Assembly (NCBI GenBank): GCA_963667015.2 | Contig: CAXXJJ010000004.1 | Location: 2,880,001 to 2,944,000, forward strand | Reading direction: 5' to 3' | DNA: 64,000 bases | From: Desulfatiglandales bacterium | Lineage (GTDB): Bacteria > Desulfobacterota > DSM-4660 > Desulfatiglandales > HGW-15 | Shown here: in pieces, positions 1 to 9,968 of the stretch | Position numbering within the stretch: the stretch's first letter is position 1 | How the letters are laid out: each line of letters opens with the position of its first letter | The notes under the pieces: model-generated | Seen by the model: the letters and a program-made list of their open reading frames with translations, nothing else | What the model was told of the DNA's origin: nothing | Databases searched by the model: none | Program-made: the position numbers and the translations under genes

Positions 1-307
1 CCCTGTTCCTGACCCTTGCGACCTTCAATATATAACGGTTAAGGTTCCTGGCCAGGAGGCATGCAATCAGGTTTGCCTCATCACTGTCAGTGGCTGCAAC
101 AAGCATATCTGCGCCAACTATACCTGCTGACTTGAGTGTTTCCGGGCTTGTGCCGGAACCGGTAACAGCCTGCACATCAAGATTATCTGTTATCCGTTTT
201 ATCTGAAGAGGATCTTTATCTATTACAACAACATCCTGTCCCTCTTCGGACAGTTTCTGAGCACAATGAAATCCGACTTCACCAGCACCGACTATTATTA
301 TCTTCAA
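1..307 (-). CDS. trkA: Trk potassium uptake NAD-binding subunit, 5' part (runs off the window)
   Basis: Hand translation from TTG at 307: MKIIIVGAGEVGFHCAQKLSEEGQDVVVIDKD, an RCK Rossmann GxGxxG motif. Confidence 0.9.
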   Translation of the reverse strand, partial: MKIIIVGAGEVGFHCAQKLSEEGQDVVVIDKDPLQIKRITDNLDVQAVTGSGTSPETLKSAGIVGADMLVAATDSDEANLIACLLARNLNRYILKVARVRNR

Positions 308-528
308 TGGGAAATCCTCTTTTGAGATTGATTGATTCAGCAATAGTTTTTAATTCAGGTTCATTGCTATGTCAATATCCTTGAAAGGAACATATATCAC
401 AATTACCTCCGGACTTCAGAAGAATTTATATGGACAAGAATTTAACATGATGGTAATCTAATGGGTTTATAATGCAACATTATTCCTGAATAATATTAGA
501 AAATTACGATTTTAGAAATACAGATAAA

Positions 529-1071
529 ATGAGTACGCCGAGAGAATCAGACAAGGTAAGATTATTTTCCAGCCTCTTTTCAACTGAAAAAGACCTGATA
601 GACAGGGCTATTGAAGAATTGATTGAACTCTTCGGACCACCCGAGGTGATTACACCATGGCTGCTGTTCGAACGTACACGGTATTATGAAAAAGAAATGG
701 GCTGGCCCCTGCACCGTCGATTTGTAACCTTCAGGGAATTAATACCGCCTGAAGAACTGGTGGATAAAAAACTGAGCACTAATATGATAGAGGCAAAGTA
801 TTCCAGTGAAGGCAAACGCCGGATAAATATTGACCCGGGTTATATCTGCCTTGAGCGCCTTGTACTGGCAACAGGGAAGAATTACACTCACAGGATATAC
901 CTTTCCCAAGGTATTTTTGCGGATCTGACCCTTGTATTTAACAAGGGAACTTTTAAACCTCTTGAATGGTCATATCCGGATTATTCCGATGCTGAATCAA
1001 TCGATTTTTTTAACACCGAACGGGAAAAATATAAAAATCAGTTAAGAACTGTAGAAGGAGAAATATATTGA
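529..1071 (+). CDS. DUF4416 family protein
   Basis: YYEKEMG, RRINIDPGY, LVLATGKNYTHRIYL and WSYPDY motifs; upstream of yicC. Confidence 0.8.
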   Translation: MSTPRESDKVRLFSSLFSTEKDLIDRAIEELIELFGPPEVITPWLLFERTRYYEKEMGWPLHRRFVTFRELIPPEELVDKKLSTNMIEAKYSSEGKRRINIDPGYICLERLVLATGKNYTHRIYLSQGIFADLTLVFNKGTFKPLEWSYPDYSDAESIDFFNTEREKYKNQLRTVEGEIY

Positions 1072-1943
1072 AAAGCATGACAGCTTACGGCCGCGGTGAA
1101 TACGAGATGGGCCAAAATACCCTGACCGCGGAAATAAAGACATTGAACAATCGATACAGGGATATCATACTGCGTCTGCCCTCGGCCCTGCAGGAATTTG
1201 AAGACCTGATAAGGTCTGAGATATCTGCACGAATAAAAAGGGGCAGGGTTGAGGTATCCATGCAGATAACCAGTAATGAGGATACGACATATAATCTTGA
1301 ACTTAACCGCCCCTTATTGAATGCCTACAAAAAGATATTCGATGAGATGAACAGCGAGTTTGGTACAGAAGAAAAGATCACGCCTGATTTTTTTCTTCAG
1401 CTCAGGGATGCCGTAGTATCTACGCCCCAGGAAATTGATCCGAAAGAATCAAGGGTTGCCATTGAAAAGCTTCTCGAACAGACCCTGGACTCTCTTGATG
1501 TAATGAGGATACAGGAGGGAAAGACCCTGGGAGCTGATCTGAGCAAAAGACTCGATCTCATAAAAAATTATTTTAAAATGATAGAAGAACGGTCTCCGCT
1601 GGTGGTTGCAGAATACAAAGAAAAATTAAAAAACAGGATTGATGCAATTTCCGAGGATCTGGAGGTTGATGAATCCCGGCTCGCCCAGGAAGTAGCCCTG
1701 TTCGCAGGAAGATGCGATATAACCGAAGAGATAGTCAGGGCAGGAAGTCATCTTGGCCAGTTTCACAACTACATGAAAATAGATGATTCTATTGGAAGGA
1801 GACTGGATTTTCTGGTCCAGGAATTAAACAGAGAAATTAACACTATAAGTTCCAAGGCATCTGACTCTTCCATATCAGCCAACGCTGTCGAGGTTAAGGC
1901 TGAGCTTGAAAAGATTAGAGAACAGATCCAGAACATTGAATAG
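1068..1943 (+). CDS. yicC: YicC/YloC family endoribonuclease
   Basis: KSMTAYGR N-terminus, GRRLDFLVQELNREINTISSK, EQIQNIE end. Confidence 0.93.
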   Translation: MKSMTAYGRGEYEMGQNTLTAEIKTLNNRYRDIILRLPSALQEFEDLIRSEISARIKRGRVEVSMQITSNEDTTYNLELNRPLLNAYKKIFDEMNSEFGTEEKITPDFFLQLRDAVVSTPQEIDPKESRVAIEKLLEQTLDSLDVMRIQEGKTLGADLSKRLDLIKNYFKMIEERSPLVVAEYKEKLKNRIDAISEDLEVDESRLAQEVALFAGRCDITEEIVRAGSHLGQFHNYMKIDDSIGRRLDFLVQELNREINTISSKASDSSISANAVEVKAELEKIREQIQNIE

Positions 1944-1955
1944 GAGGATAGATCA

Positions 1956-2240
1956 ATGAGCCAGAAACTGGTCAATGTCGGATTTGGAAACTCCGTTGTT
2001 TCCAGAAGGGTTGTGGCTATTATTTCACCAAGTGCCGCACCCATAAAACGGTTAAGAGATGAGGCAAAGGAGGACAGACGTCTGATAGATGCCACCCAGG
2101 GAAGAAAAACCAGATCCGTGATAATTACCGACAGTAACCATGTTATACTGTCAGCTATCCAGTCAGAAACAATAGCCCAGAGATTCAGCCCTGATCTGGT
2201 CCTAAGCAAGGAAGAGCTGGAGCCTGAAGAGGAAGTATGA
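1956..2240 (+). CDS. DUF370 / RemA family protein
   Basis: [40 protein letters not shown]; yicC-DUF370-gmk synteny. Confidence 0.9.
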   Translation: MSQKLVNVGFGNSVVSRRVVAIISPSAAPIKRLRDEAKEDRRLIDATQGRKTRSVIITDSNHVILSAIQSETIAQRFSPDLVLSKEELEPEEEV

Positions 2241-2839
2241 AAGGCAGGATATTTGTCATATCCGGCCCATCCGGTGCCGGAAAATCAACACTGATTAAAG
2301 GTATAAGAGAAAGAGTGGATAATCTGGGTTACTCTATTTCCCATACTACCAGGGATCCGCGATCCGGGGAACAAAACGGGGTGGATTATTATTTTGTCGA
2401 CAAGCCTTCCTTTGAAGAAATGATTGAAAATGACGCATTTGTTGAATGGGCACAGGTATATGATTATTATTATGGAACATCCTATGGCACTCTGGAAGAA
2501 AATCTAAATGCCGGGCTGGATATAATACTGGACATTGATGTACAGGGTGCAAAAAACATCAAGGATAAAATAGATAACTGCATCCTTATTTTCATTCTTC
2601 CTCCTTCAAAAAAGATTCTTGAAGAGCGTTTACGGGCAAGGTCAACAGACAATGCCGATGCAATAGAAAAGAGAATTGGCCAGGCCACAAACGAACTCAC
2701 AAACTGCAAATGGTATGACTATCTAATTATCAATGATGACCTTGAAAAGGCAACAAGGGATCTTGAATCAATAATACTGGCAGACAGGTGTTCAAATAAA
2801 AGGATACTGCCTGAGGTCGAAATCAGGCTTGGTATTTAA
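2237..2839 (+). CDS. gmk: Guanylate kinase
   Basis: [10 protein letters not shown]-loop, [20 protein letters not shown]. Confidence 0.96.
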   Translation: MKGRIFVISGPSGAGKSTLIKGIRERVDNLGYSISHTTRDPRSGEQNGVDYYFVDKPSFEEMIENDAFVEWAQVYDYYYGTSYGTLEENLNAGLDIILDIDVQGAKNIKDKIDNCILIFILPPSKKILEERLRARSTDNADAIEKRIGQATNELTNCKWYDYLIINDDLEKATRDLESIILADRCSNKRILPEVEIRLGI

Positions 2840-2863
2840 TCTGTTTTCGGTGAGAACCCCACC

Positions 2864-3622
2864 ATGGCAAAAAAAAATAAAATCCAGCTTATTCCCGGAA
2901 TCCATAGCGTAAAAGAGACTATCCTTAACAACAGGGGCAGCATATTTGAGATATGGACCTCCCGGGGTAAGGCATCCGCCAGGATCAGGGAAATTATAAG
3001 CCTCGCCCGGAAATATAATATACCGGTATTTGAAAAAGAAAACTCCATACTGGACAGTGTGCTTCCCGGAACAAATCATCAGGGGATAGCAGCGCTGATC
3101 GAAAGATTTGAATACACTGACATCAAAGATCTGATCAATTCCTCCTGTGACACAAAAGGGAGAACTGTTTTTATGGCCATTGATCATATCACAGATGAAG
3201 GCAATCTCGGCGCAATACTTAGGACTGCAGCCTTTTTTGGCGTCAATGGTATTATTTTGCCTAAAGATCGTTCGGCAAGGATATCGGAAGGTGTCATAAA
3301 AAGATCATCCGGAGGATATGCCCATGTCCCGGTTTCCCTTGTGGTCAATCTTGGCAGGGCAATTGACATGCTTAATGAAGCAGGGTTCTGGATTATAGGA
3401 ACATCCGGAACAGGAAGTGAGACCATCTATAACTTCGACTGGAGGGGAGATATCCTTCTTATCCTCGGCAATGAAGAAAAAGGGGTAAGTCCCTCAATAT
3501 TAAAGCGCTGTCATCAGGTATTAAATATCCCCTCAAGCGGGAATATCGAGGCATTAAATGTTTCAGTTTCAGCAGGTGTTATCCTGGCGGAGATAACAAG
3601 ACAACGAGTCTATACCGGATAA
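2864..3622 (+). CDS. rlmB: 23S rRNA (G2251-2'-O)-methyltransferase, SpoU family
   Basis: HQGI, NLGAILRTA, GNEEKG, LNVSVSAG motifs. Confidence 0.88.
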   Translation: MAKKNKIQLIPGIHSVKETILNNRGSIFEIWTSRGKASARIREIISLARKYNIPVFEKENSILDSVLPGTNHQGIAALIERFEYTDIKDLINSSCDTKGRTVFMAIDHITDEGNLGAILRTAAFFGVNGIILPKDRSARISEGVIKRSSGGYAHVPVSLVVNLGRAIDMLNEAGFWIIGTSGTGSETIYNFDWRGDILLILGNEEKGVSPSILKRCHQVLNIPSSGNIEALNVSVSAGVILAEITRQRVYTG

Positions 3623-3627
3623 AAGCT

Positions 3628-4086
3628 TTACTGGTTCCCGTTCAATTTGCTCTCCCAGTTAAATTCGGGTGTGGTAACAGAGTGCTCAAGACGCTGTATA
3701 CGCCGTTCGAGGTTGCTGTACCTGCGTTTGATGCGATCAGTGGCCATCTCCTTTGATCTCAGGTAGCTGTCATAAAACTCCTGCTCATCCGAATTTTCCA
3801 GAGGGACGACCGGTTTGGGCTTCAATATAAAGGCAGCAACAAAGTAAAGCACCCCGGTAGGCCAGAAGCCGGTAATAAAAAAGAGCACAATAGTAAAAAA
3901 ACGAATCCATAATACTGAAAGATCAAAATAATCGGCGATCCCGCGACAGACGCCAAGGATCATACCTTCTCTTGAACGGTATAATCCTCCATGGAGAATC
4001 CCCTCAAAACGATCCCTCGAGAAATGCTGTCTCATGAATCTTTTACCTCTTTCCTGATGATGCCTGTATCTGCCGTATCCTCTCAT
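3628..4086 (-). CDS. pspC: Phage shock protein C
   Basis: LYRSREGMILGVCRGIADYF PspC domain, TM helix, C-terminal coiled coil; psp locus. Confidence 0.9.
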   Translation of the reverse strand: MRGYGRYRHHQERGKRFMRQHFSRDRFEGILHGGLYRSREGMILGVCRGIADYFDLSVLWIRFFTIVLFFITGFWPTGVLYFVAAFILKPKPVVPLENSDEQEFYDSYLRSKEMATDRIKRRYSNLERRIQRLEHSVTTPEFNWESKLNGNQ

Positions 4087-4091
4087 TTTCT

Positions 4092-4337
4092 CTATTCCTT
4101 TCTTGCTTTTTCTCTTTCAAGCAGAATTGTTTCCAGGGATTCAACCCGCTCTTCCATCCTTGCCAGCCCCTGATATATCTCCTGAATTATCCTGGCTTCA
4201 TCAGACTGATTTTTCTGTCCTTTTTGGGTAATACCGCCTTTTAGAATCTTTAATCCCATAAGAATCGTGCTTCCGATAATAGCCAGGGCAAGAACAATAC
4301 TGCCAAAAACAATCATTACAACAAAAGGACCTTCCAC
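4092..4337 (-). CDS. pspB: PspB-like membrane protein
   Basis: N-terminal TM helix plus RMEERVESLETIL coiled coil; adjacent to pspC. Confidence 0.75.
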   Translation of the reverse strand: MEGPFVVMIVFGSIVLALAIIGSTILMGLKILKGGITQKGQKNQSDEARIIQEIYQGLARMEERVESLETILLEREKARKE

Positions 4338-4379
4338 TTTTTTTGCCTTCCCTTCCGTTCGCTACTCTAATTAGCTCTA

Positions 4380-4613
4380 CTACAGATTTGAGAATTTTTT
4401 ATATCTTTCCTGCTCCAGGACAATTGTTTCAAGATTTGCGATCCTGTCTTCCAGTTTTTCAAGTCGCAGATCATAATCAATAAAGCTGTCATCCCTGGAG
4501 GTATCAGCCTTTGCCTTTATTCTCTCTCTCACGACCTTACTTGTGTGATCAATCAGTACGAGAATTATAACGAAACCGAAAATAACAACTAATATCAATG
4601 GGGCGGTGTACAC
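4380..4613 (-). CDS. Second PspB-like membrane protein
   Basis: TM helix plus KLEDRIANLETIV; lies between pspA and pspB. Confidence 0.65.
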   Translation of the reverse strand: MYTAPLILVVIFGFVIILVLIDHTSKVVRERIKAKADTSRDDSFIDYDLRLEKLEDRIANLETIVLEQERYKKFSNL

Positions 4614-4709
4614 AGTTAATTTCTCCCAGTTGGTTTTTATTAATAAGAAGATGACAGAAAACTATTTAATTTATATAGATTACATCAGATACAAAAAAAT
4701 ATCATCTTC

Positions 4710-5384
4710 TTATTCGTTGCCTTCCTTTGGTTTATCAGCATTCTTCAGGGCATTCAATTCCTTTTCTATCTCATCATCCATGCCAAGCTGCTCAAATTCA
4801 GCCTCAAGCGATCCGCTCTTTCCATAATTTACAAGATCGGCTTCAGCCTCCATGCGTTCAATCCTGTTTTCAAGATCATCAAAACGATAGATGGCGTCAC
4901 TGCTTTCTACGCGTCTGATATCCTCCTGAGCTTTTCTCTTCCTTGTTGCATGGATATGCCTCTGAACAAGCATCCTCTGTTTTTCTCTGGCCCCTGCAAG
5001 CTTATCCTCAAGCTGCCTGATATCATTCTGATATTCATCGATAAGGGCCTCATGCTCTTTCAGCTCAGCCTCCAGGTCTGCGACTCTTTCAGCAAATTTT
5101 CTCTTCTGAACAAGAGCTTCCCGGGCAAGGTCATCACGTCCCTTGCTTACTGCCAGGGGAGCCTTTTCTGCCCAGTATTCTACGCGCCCTTTAACCTCAT
5201 CTATATTTCTTTCCAGCTTTTTACTTCCGGCCATAACACCGGCGCATGACGCCTTCAGCTCTACCAGCGTGTCTTCCATTTCACGTATCATAAGCTTTAT
5301 CAGTTTTTCAGGATCTTCTGCCTTATCAAGCATGGCATTTATATTTGAGCTTACAATATCCCTGAATCTTGTAAAAATACCCAT
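4710..5384 (-). CDS. pspA: Phage shock protein A
   Basis: MGIFTRFRDIVSSNINAMLDKAEDPEK, long coiled coil. Confidence 0.95.
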   Translation of the reverse strand: MGIFTRFRDIVSSNINAMLDKAEDPEKLIKLMIREMEDTLVELKASCAGVMAGSKKLERNIDEVKGRVEYWAEKAPLAVSKGRDDLAREALVQKRKFAERVADLEAELKEHEALIDEYQNDIRQLEDKLAGAREKQRMLVQRHIHATRKRKAQEDIRRVESSDAIYRFDDLENRIERMEAEADLVNYGKSGSLEAEFEQLGMDDEIEKELNALKNADKPKEGNE

Positions 5385-5423
5385 AGTAAATCCTCCTCGG
5401 TTTATTGTTTGCCCTTAATAAGA

Positions 5424-5438
5424 GCATGATTCATGCCA
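5424..5438 (-). promoter_or_regulatory. sigma54 (-24/-12) promoter of pspA
   Basis: Minus strand TGGCATGAATCATGC = GG-N10-GC, 40 bp upstream of pspA and divergent from pspF. Confidence 0.8.
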
Positions 5439-5611
5439 AACCTTAAATATTCTAAATATTGTTGACATATCAATGAATTACACGCTTGACAGCAGATTTA
5501 ACCAGTGGTATTATCAGCCACCAATTCGCACCAAGAACCATTAATTAGCTGTTCGCGCCTACAGGCAGTTTTCCATTTTTTATAATATTTGACCGGAAGG
5601 ATCCCTTTAAT

Positions 5612-6652
5612 ATGGTACTCGCTAAACAGAGAATTGCTGAAAAAAACCCCCTCAAGACAAATGAAGCCCTGGGACAGTCTGAAAAATTCCTTGAATTTCA
5701 GGAACTGCTCGCCAGGGTAGCGCCAATAAACAGACCTGTCCTTCTGTTAGGCGAAAGAGGTACCGGAAAAGAACTTGCTGCTTCAAGACTGCATTATCTT
5801 TCTAAGAGATGGCAGGGCCCGTTTGTTGCCCTGAACTGTTCCGCCCTCAACCCGACCCTTATAGAATCTGAACTCTTCGGCTATGAGAAGGGAGCCTTTA
5901 CAGGAGCAAGTCAGAGAAGGTCAGGCAGATTTGAGGCAGCAGACGGTGGTACGCTCTTTCTTGATGAGATCGGAACCATACCCATGGAGGTACAGGAAAA
6001 GATATTAAGGGTAGTTGAATACGGAACATTTGAAAGGGTCGGGGACTCATCGGCAATAGAGGTTGATGTAAGGATAATAGCAGCTACAAACGCCGATCTT
6101 ATACACATGGTATCCAAGGGAAAATTTAAAAGAGATCTTCTGGACCGGCTGTCCTTTGAAGTGCTTTTTCTGCCGCCACTGAGGGAGAGAAAGGAGGATA
6201 TCATGCTTCTTGCCAACCACTTTGCCTCAAGAATGGCCTATGAACTTGAAAGGCATGACATACCCCGATTCAGTAACGAGGCTATGGATGCCCTTGAAAA
6301 CTATGACTGGCCCGGAAATGTAAGAGAGTTAAAAAACCTGGTAGAAAGGGCAGTGTACAGATCCGAATCAACCGAGATATCTAATTTCAACTTTGACCCC
6401 TTTTCATCACCCTATATACTTGAAAAAAATGATGCCAGGGAAGAGGTTGAAAAACATGTTAAAAAATCCTCTATTTTTGAAGGTCTCTCCGATAAAACCC
6501 TCCCTGAAGCAGTCAATGAGCTTCAGATTCGTCTGATAAACAGCGCCCTTAAATCAGCAAAACATAACCAGAAAATCGCGGCAAAAAAACTGGGCATAAC
6601 ATATCATCAGTTCAGAGGGCTTTACCGGAAACTTAATCAGGAAATTGAATAA
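5612..6652 (+). CDS. pspF: sigma54 enhancer-binding activator PspF
   Basis: [30 protein letters not shown]-terminal HTH; no receiver domain. Confidence 0.93.
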   Translation: MVLAKQRIAEKNPLKTNEALGQSEKFLEFQELLARVAPINRPVLLLGERGTGKELAASRLHYLSKRWQGPFVALNCSALNPTLIESELFGYEKGAFTGASQRRSGRFEAADGGTLFLDEIGTIPMEVQEKILRVVEYGTFERVGDSSAIEVDVRIIAATNADLIHMVSKGKFKRDLLDRLSFEVLFLPPLRERKEDIMLLANHFASRMAYELERHDIPRFSNEAMDALENYDWPGNVRELKNLVERAVYRSESTEISNFNFDPFSSPYILEKNDAREEVEKHVKKSSIFEGLSDKTLPEAVNELQIRLINSALKSAKHNQKIAAKKLGITYHQFRGLYRKLNQEIE

Positions 6653-6654
6653 TC

Positions 6655-7116
6655 TTAATACCTTCCTTGATTTGATGTATGGGCAGCTACCCAGACCCTT
6701 TCCTCTTTCCAGTATCCGGGCCTCTCCTCAATCTTGATCCATGCGCCGCCTATCCAGTCACCCCTTTTGTTATAATGGGCCGGATTCCACACGGTTTTAT
6801 AGACAGGAGGCACCCATTCATTCCTTACCTCCCAATGACCTTTGTAGTGTGGGCGGGGCCTTGGAGGGACACGAACCGCTGCCTCGCAATAGTCGGAGTC
6901 TCTATATGAATAATCTCTGCTGTTATTTAAAATAGCACTTCCAATTATTGCTGCGCCAAGACCAATGGCAACACCTTTCCAACGTTCATGATGCCTGCTG
7001 CCCGCAAAGGCGGAATTGACAGTAAATAACATGGTAATGGTGGTTATTATTACTATTAGAGAAAGCGATCTTTTTTTCATTATTATTTCCTCCTGTAACG
7101 TTGCTGTTTGATTCAA
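6655..7116 (-). CDS. Secreted hypothetical protein with W/G-rich (YXWGXW-like) repeats
   Basis: Signal-like MKKRSLSLIVII...SAFA, glycine-zipper-like segment, GHW/WVPP/WNPAHY/PGYW repeats. Confidence 0.6.
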   Translation of the reverse strand: MNQTATLQEEIIMKKRSLSLIVIITTITMLFTVNSAFAGSRHHERWKGVAIGLGAAIIGSAILNNSRDYSYRDSDYCEAAVRVPPRPRPHYKGHWEVRNEWVPPVYKTVWNPAHYNKRGDWIGGAWIKIEERPGYWKEERVWVAAHTSNQGRY

Positions 7117-7170
7117 TAGACAACGCTTACAGGAAAAAACTCAGAAAGAAGTGAAAAAAGTAGAGAAAGA

Positions 7171-7650
7171 TTAAAATGAGGCAAGAATATGCAGAAAAAG
7201 CTTATCTCCTTTTTTTGCGGGAAGGGCAATAGTTGTATCCCCATTATTACGAAAATCAATATTGGTTTTAACCAGTTCCCTGTTTCCCTCTCTGCACTCA
7301 ATTTTAAGAGCGGCTTTACCGCCACTGACTCCATTTGAAGTAATAATTAATTCCCTTCCACCACGAATTTTAAAGGCGGTCTTTTCGCCATTTTTAAGGG
7401 AAATATTTTTCTGGTCCACGAGATCATAGGATGAATATACAAAAGCGGAATTCAGATCGGCAACCAGGTCTTTTATTTTCGGATCAATTGATTTTTTATC
7501 CTTTGATGCATAGATAACTTTTACAACAACCCTTACCTGCTGGTCGCAATTACCCTCTGCAGGATAAAACACTGCCAGAAGAGGTATGATTATAAAAAGA
7601 AAAAGATTCAAGCCTATTGCATATTTATACTTTTTTTTATCCATTTTCAC
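7171..7650 (-). CDS. Hypothetical exported protein, third gene of the ECF operon
   Basis: Hydrophobic N-terminus; overlaps the anti-sigma gene. Confidence 0.6.
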   Translation of the reverse strand: MKMDKKKYKYAIGLNLFLFIIIPLLAVFYPAEGNCDQQVRVVVKVIYASKDKKSIDPKIKDLVADLNSAFVYSSYDLVDQKNISLKNGEKTAFKIRGGRELIITSNGVSGGKAALKIECREGNRELVKTNIDFRNNGDTTIALPAKKGDKLFLHILASF

Positions 7651-8113
7651 TAATCCATATAATCGGTTGATGTGTCTTGTCAGTTTGCATAATCACAACT
7701 GATTCGGAACTTGAAAGGGAGGTAATAATTGCCCCCGGTCCCTGCTCTGAATTTCCAGTATAGAAGTTTGTTATAAATATTGCAATAGCTGCAGTCATGA
7801 CTGCCGGTATAAGCATTCTCTTTGTAAAAACCTGATCAGCCAGCCTTAACCACCATGCTCTTTTTTTTCTTCTTATAGATTCAATAACTCGATTTTCAAT
7901 TTTTAGAGTATCATTTTCAGCGGCTTCATTGAAAGTAATTTTTAGACTATCAGTAAGATTGTTATATTCTGCCAGCGATTTCCTGCATTTTTTACAGGAA
8001 TCGATATGGACCTTAACATCTGAATATTCATCAGGATTAAGGTCCTTATCATAGTACCGGCTGATTAAATCAGTGCCGCATATCATTTCGCTGTTATTCT
8101 TCACTTTCAACAC
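7637..8113 (-). CDS. Anti-sigma factor, zf-HC2 (ZAS)
   Basis: HIDSCKKC (HxxxCxxC) plus one TM helix, downstream of the ECF sigma. Confidence 0.85.
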   Translation of the reverse strand: MLKVKNNSEMICGTDLISRYYDKDLNPDEYSDVKVHIDSCKKCRKSLAEYNNLTDSLKITFNEAAENDTLKIENRVIESIRRKKRAWWLRLADQVFTKRMLIPAVMTAAIAIFITNFYTGNSEQGPGAIITSLSSSESVVIMQTDKTHQPIIWISENG

Positions 8114-8687
8114 CCGTGAGATATTCTTTCAATTTTTCCCTTGCATAAAATATTCTGGAACTCACAGTCCCTTTATTTATTCCCAGGGCATCACCTATTT
8201 CCTCGTATGATAAACCCTCTACCTCCTTCAGCACAAGGACCGCCCTGGCTTTTTCAGGCAGTTTATCCAGTCCTTTTTTAAGAATCCCGGCAACCTGTTT
8301 GTTACTTAAAACACTGTCCGGCCCCGCTTCACCAGATTCAATGTCCAAACTGCTGCCGTCCTCCTGATCAAGGGACTGATGATGCCACTTGAAACGCCGT
8401 TTCCACTTTCTCACCCAGTTAAGACTTTCATTTATTGTAATACGCCTGAGCCAGGTGTAAAGAGACGATTCACCCTTGAATTTTTCTATCCCTATATATG
8501 CCTTGAGAAAAACATCCTGAATAATATCAGCGCTTTCCTCAACATCCAGGGTTATTCCGTAGGCAACGTTTCTTAATTTTGCCTGATATTTCTCAACAAG
8601 CTGTCTGTATGCCCGTTCATTTCCATTTTTAAGGTCAGTTACCAGCCTGCTGTCATCTATATCGGCATTATTTATATTATTAGACAC
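8094..8687 (-). CDS. ECF RNA polymerase sigma factor (RpoE-like)
   Basis: DIIQDVFLKAY, SLYTWLRRI, LSYEEI...GTVSSRIFYAR. Confidence 0.93.
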   Translation of the reverse strand: MSNNINNADIDDSRLVTDLKNGNERAYRQLVEKYQAKLRNVAYGITLDVEESADIIQDVFLKAYIGIEKFKGESSLYTWLRRITINESLNWVRKWKRRFKWHHQSLDQEDGSSLDIESGEAGPDSVLSNKQVAGILKKGLDKLPEKARAVLVLKEVEGLSYEEIGDALGINKGTVSSRIFYAREKLKEYLTGVESEE

Positions 8688-8718
8688 CGTTTATGGTAAA
8701 ATAATTCAATTTATTAGT

Positions 8719-9906
8719 TTATGTCCTGTAATCAGCGTTTATGGATACATATTCATGGGTAAGGTCACAGGTTGTAATCCATTCATCATACTCACCGATA
8801 TTCAATTCGACGGTAAGGGAAAATTCCGGATTTTTCATTTGCCCGGCTGCCTTTTTTTCATTTTCTACACCCAGACTCAATCCGCCTTCCACTATTTTCA
8901 CATCATCAATATAGATATCGATCTTGTCTTCAGCTATTTCAATCCCGGCCCTGCCGAGTGCACCCATTATCCTGCCCCAGTTGGGATCCTGGCCATAAAA
9001 TGCGGTCTTTACCAGGCTGGAGTTGGCAATAGTTCTTGCTGCAGCCTTTGCATCAGAAGAAGTCTCTGCCCCCCTGACAGCGATATGAACAACCTTGGTA
9101 GCACCTTCTCCGTCCCTGACTATCATTGTTGCAAGATCATACATTATCCCTGTGAGTCCTGCAAGGAACTCCATATATGCACTGTCATCAAGCTCATCAT
9201 TACCGGCCATTCCGTTGGCCATTATGAAAACTGTATCGTTTGTGCTGGTATCGCCATCTACTGTAATCCGGTTAAAGGAATCTTCCACTGCATGAGAGAG
9301 CGCCTTTTTAAGGAGCGCACTGCTGATATTTATATCAGTAAGAATAAAACAAAGCATGGTTGCCATGTTGGGCATTATCATGCCGGCGCCCTTTGCTATT
9401 CCGGTAATACTGTAACTCGTTCCATTCACCTTCCCGCTGAACGTGCGTATTTTCGGGAATGAATCGGTAGTCATAATCGCCCTGGCAGCACCTTCTATAC
9501 CATCAGGATTAAGATTTTTAACCAGTTCCGGGACTGCTTTTTCTATTTTGGTAATATCTATTTGTGCCCCTATGACCCCAGTTGAAGCAACAAGGACATT
9601 ATCAGGAGATATTTCAAGATTCTCCGAAACCATCCGGATGGTTTCCCTGGCGTTATTCAGCCCCTGCTCTCCCGTACAGGCATTTGCATTTCCCGCGTTT
9701 ACTATAATCGCCCGGGCCTTTCCACTCCTGATATTTTCCATGCTGACCAGGACAGGTGCAGCCTTTACCTTATTCGTGGTAAAAACAGCCGCTGAAACAG
9801 CATCCCTTTCAGAACAGATCAGCGCAATATCCGGTCTATTATTTTTTTTCAGGCCGCATGCACAGGATGCGGCTTTAAACCCGTTAATTGATATATCAGC
9901 TTCCAT
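8719..9906 (-). CDS. argJ: Bifunctional ornithine acetyltransferase / N-acetylglutamate synthase
   Basis: NAGNANA, IMTTD, KGAGMIMPNMATML, DGDTSTND, DGEGATK, NADYRT. Confidence 0.97.
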   Translation of the reverse strand: MEADISINGFKAASCACGLKKNNRPDIALICSERDAVSAAVFTTNKVKAAPVLVSMENIRSGKARAIIVNAGNANACTGEQGLNNARETIRMVSENLEISPDNVLVASTGVIGAQIDITKIEKAVPELVKNLNPDGIEGAARAIMTTDSFPKIRTFSGKVNGTSYSITGIAKGAGMIMPNMATMLCFILTDINISSALLKKALSHAVEDSFNRITVDGDTSTNDTVFIMANGMAGNDELDDSAYMEFLAGLTGIMYDLATMIVRDGEGATKVVHIAVRGAETSSDAKAAARTIANSSLVKTAFYGQDPNWGRIMGALGRAGIEIAEDKIDIYIDDVKIVEGGLSLGVENEKKAAGQMKNPEFSLTVELNIGEYDEWITTCDLTHEYVSINADYRT

Positions 9907-9968
9907 TAAAAAGTAACCTTAATAATATTGCAAATTCTCAGTACAAACATGTACCCAGGGATTCAGTT

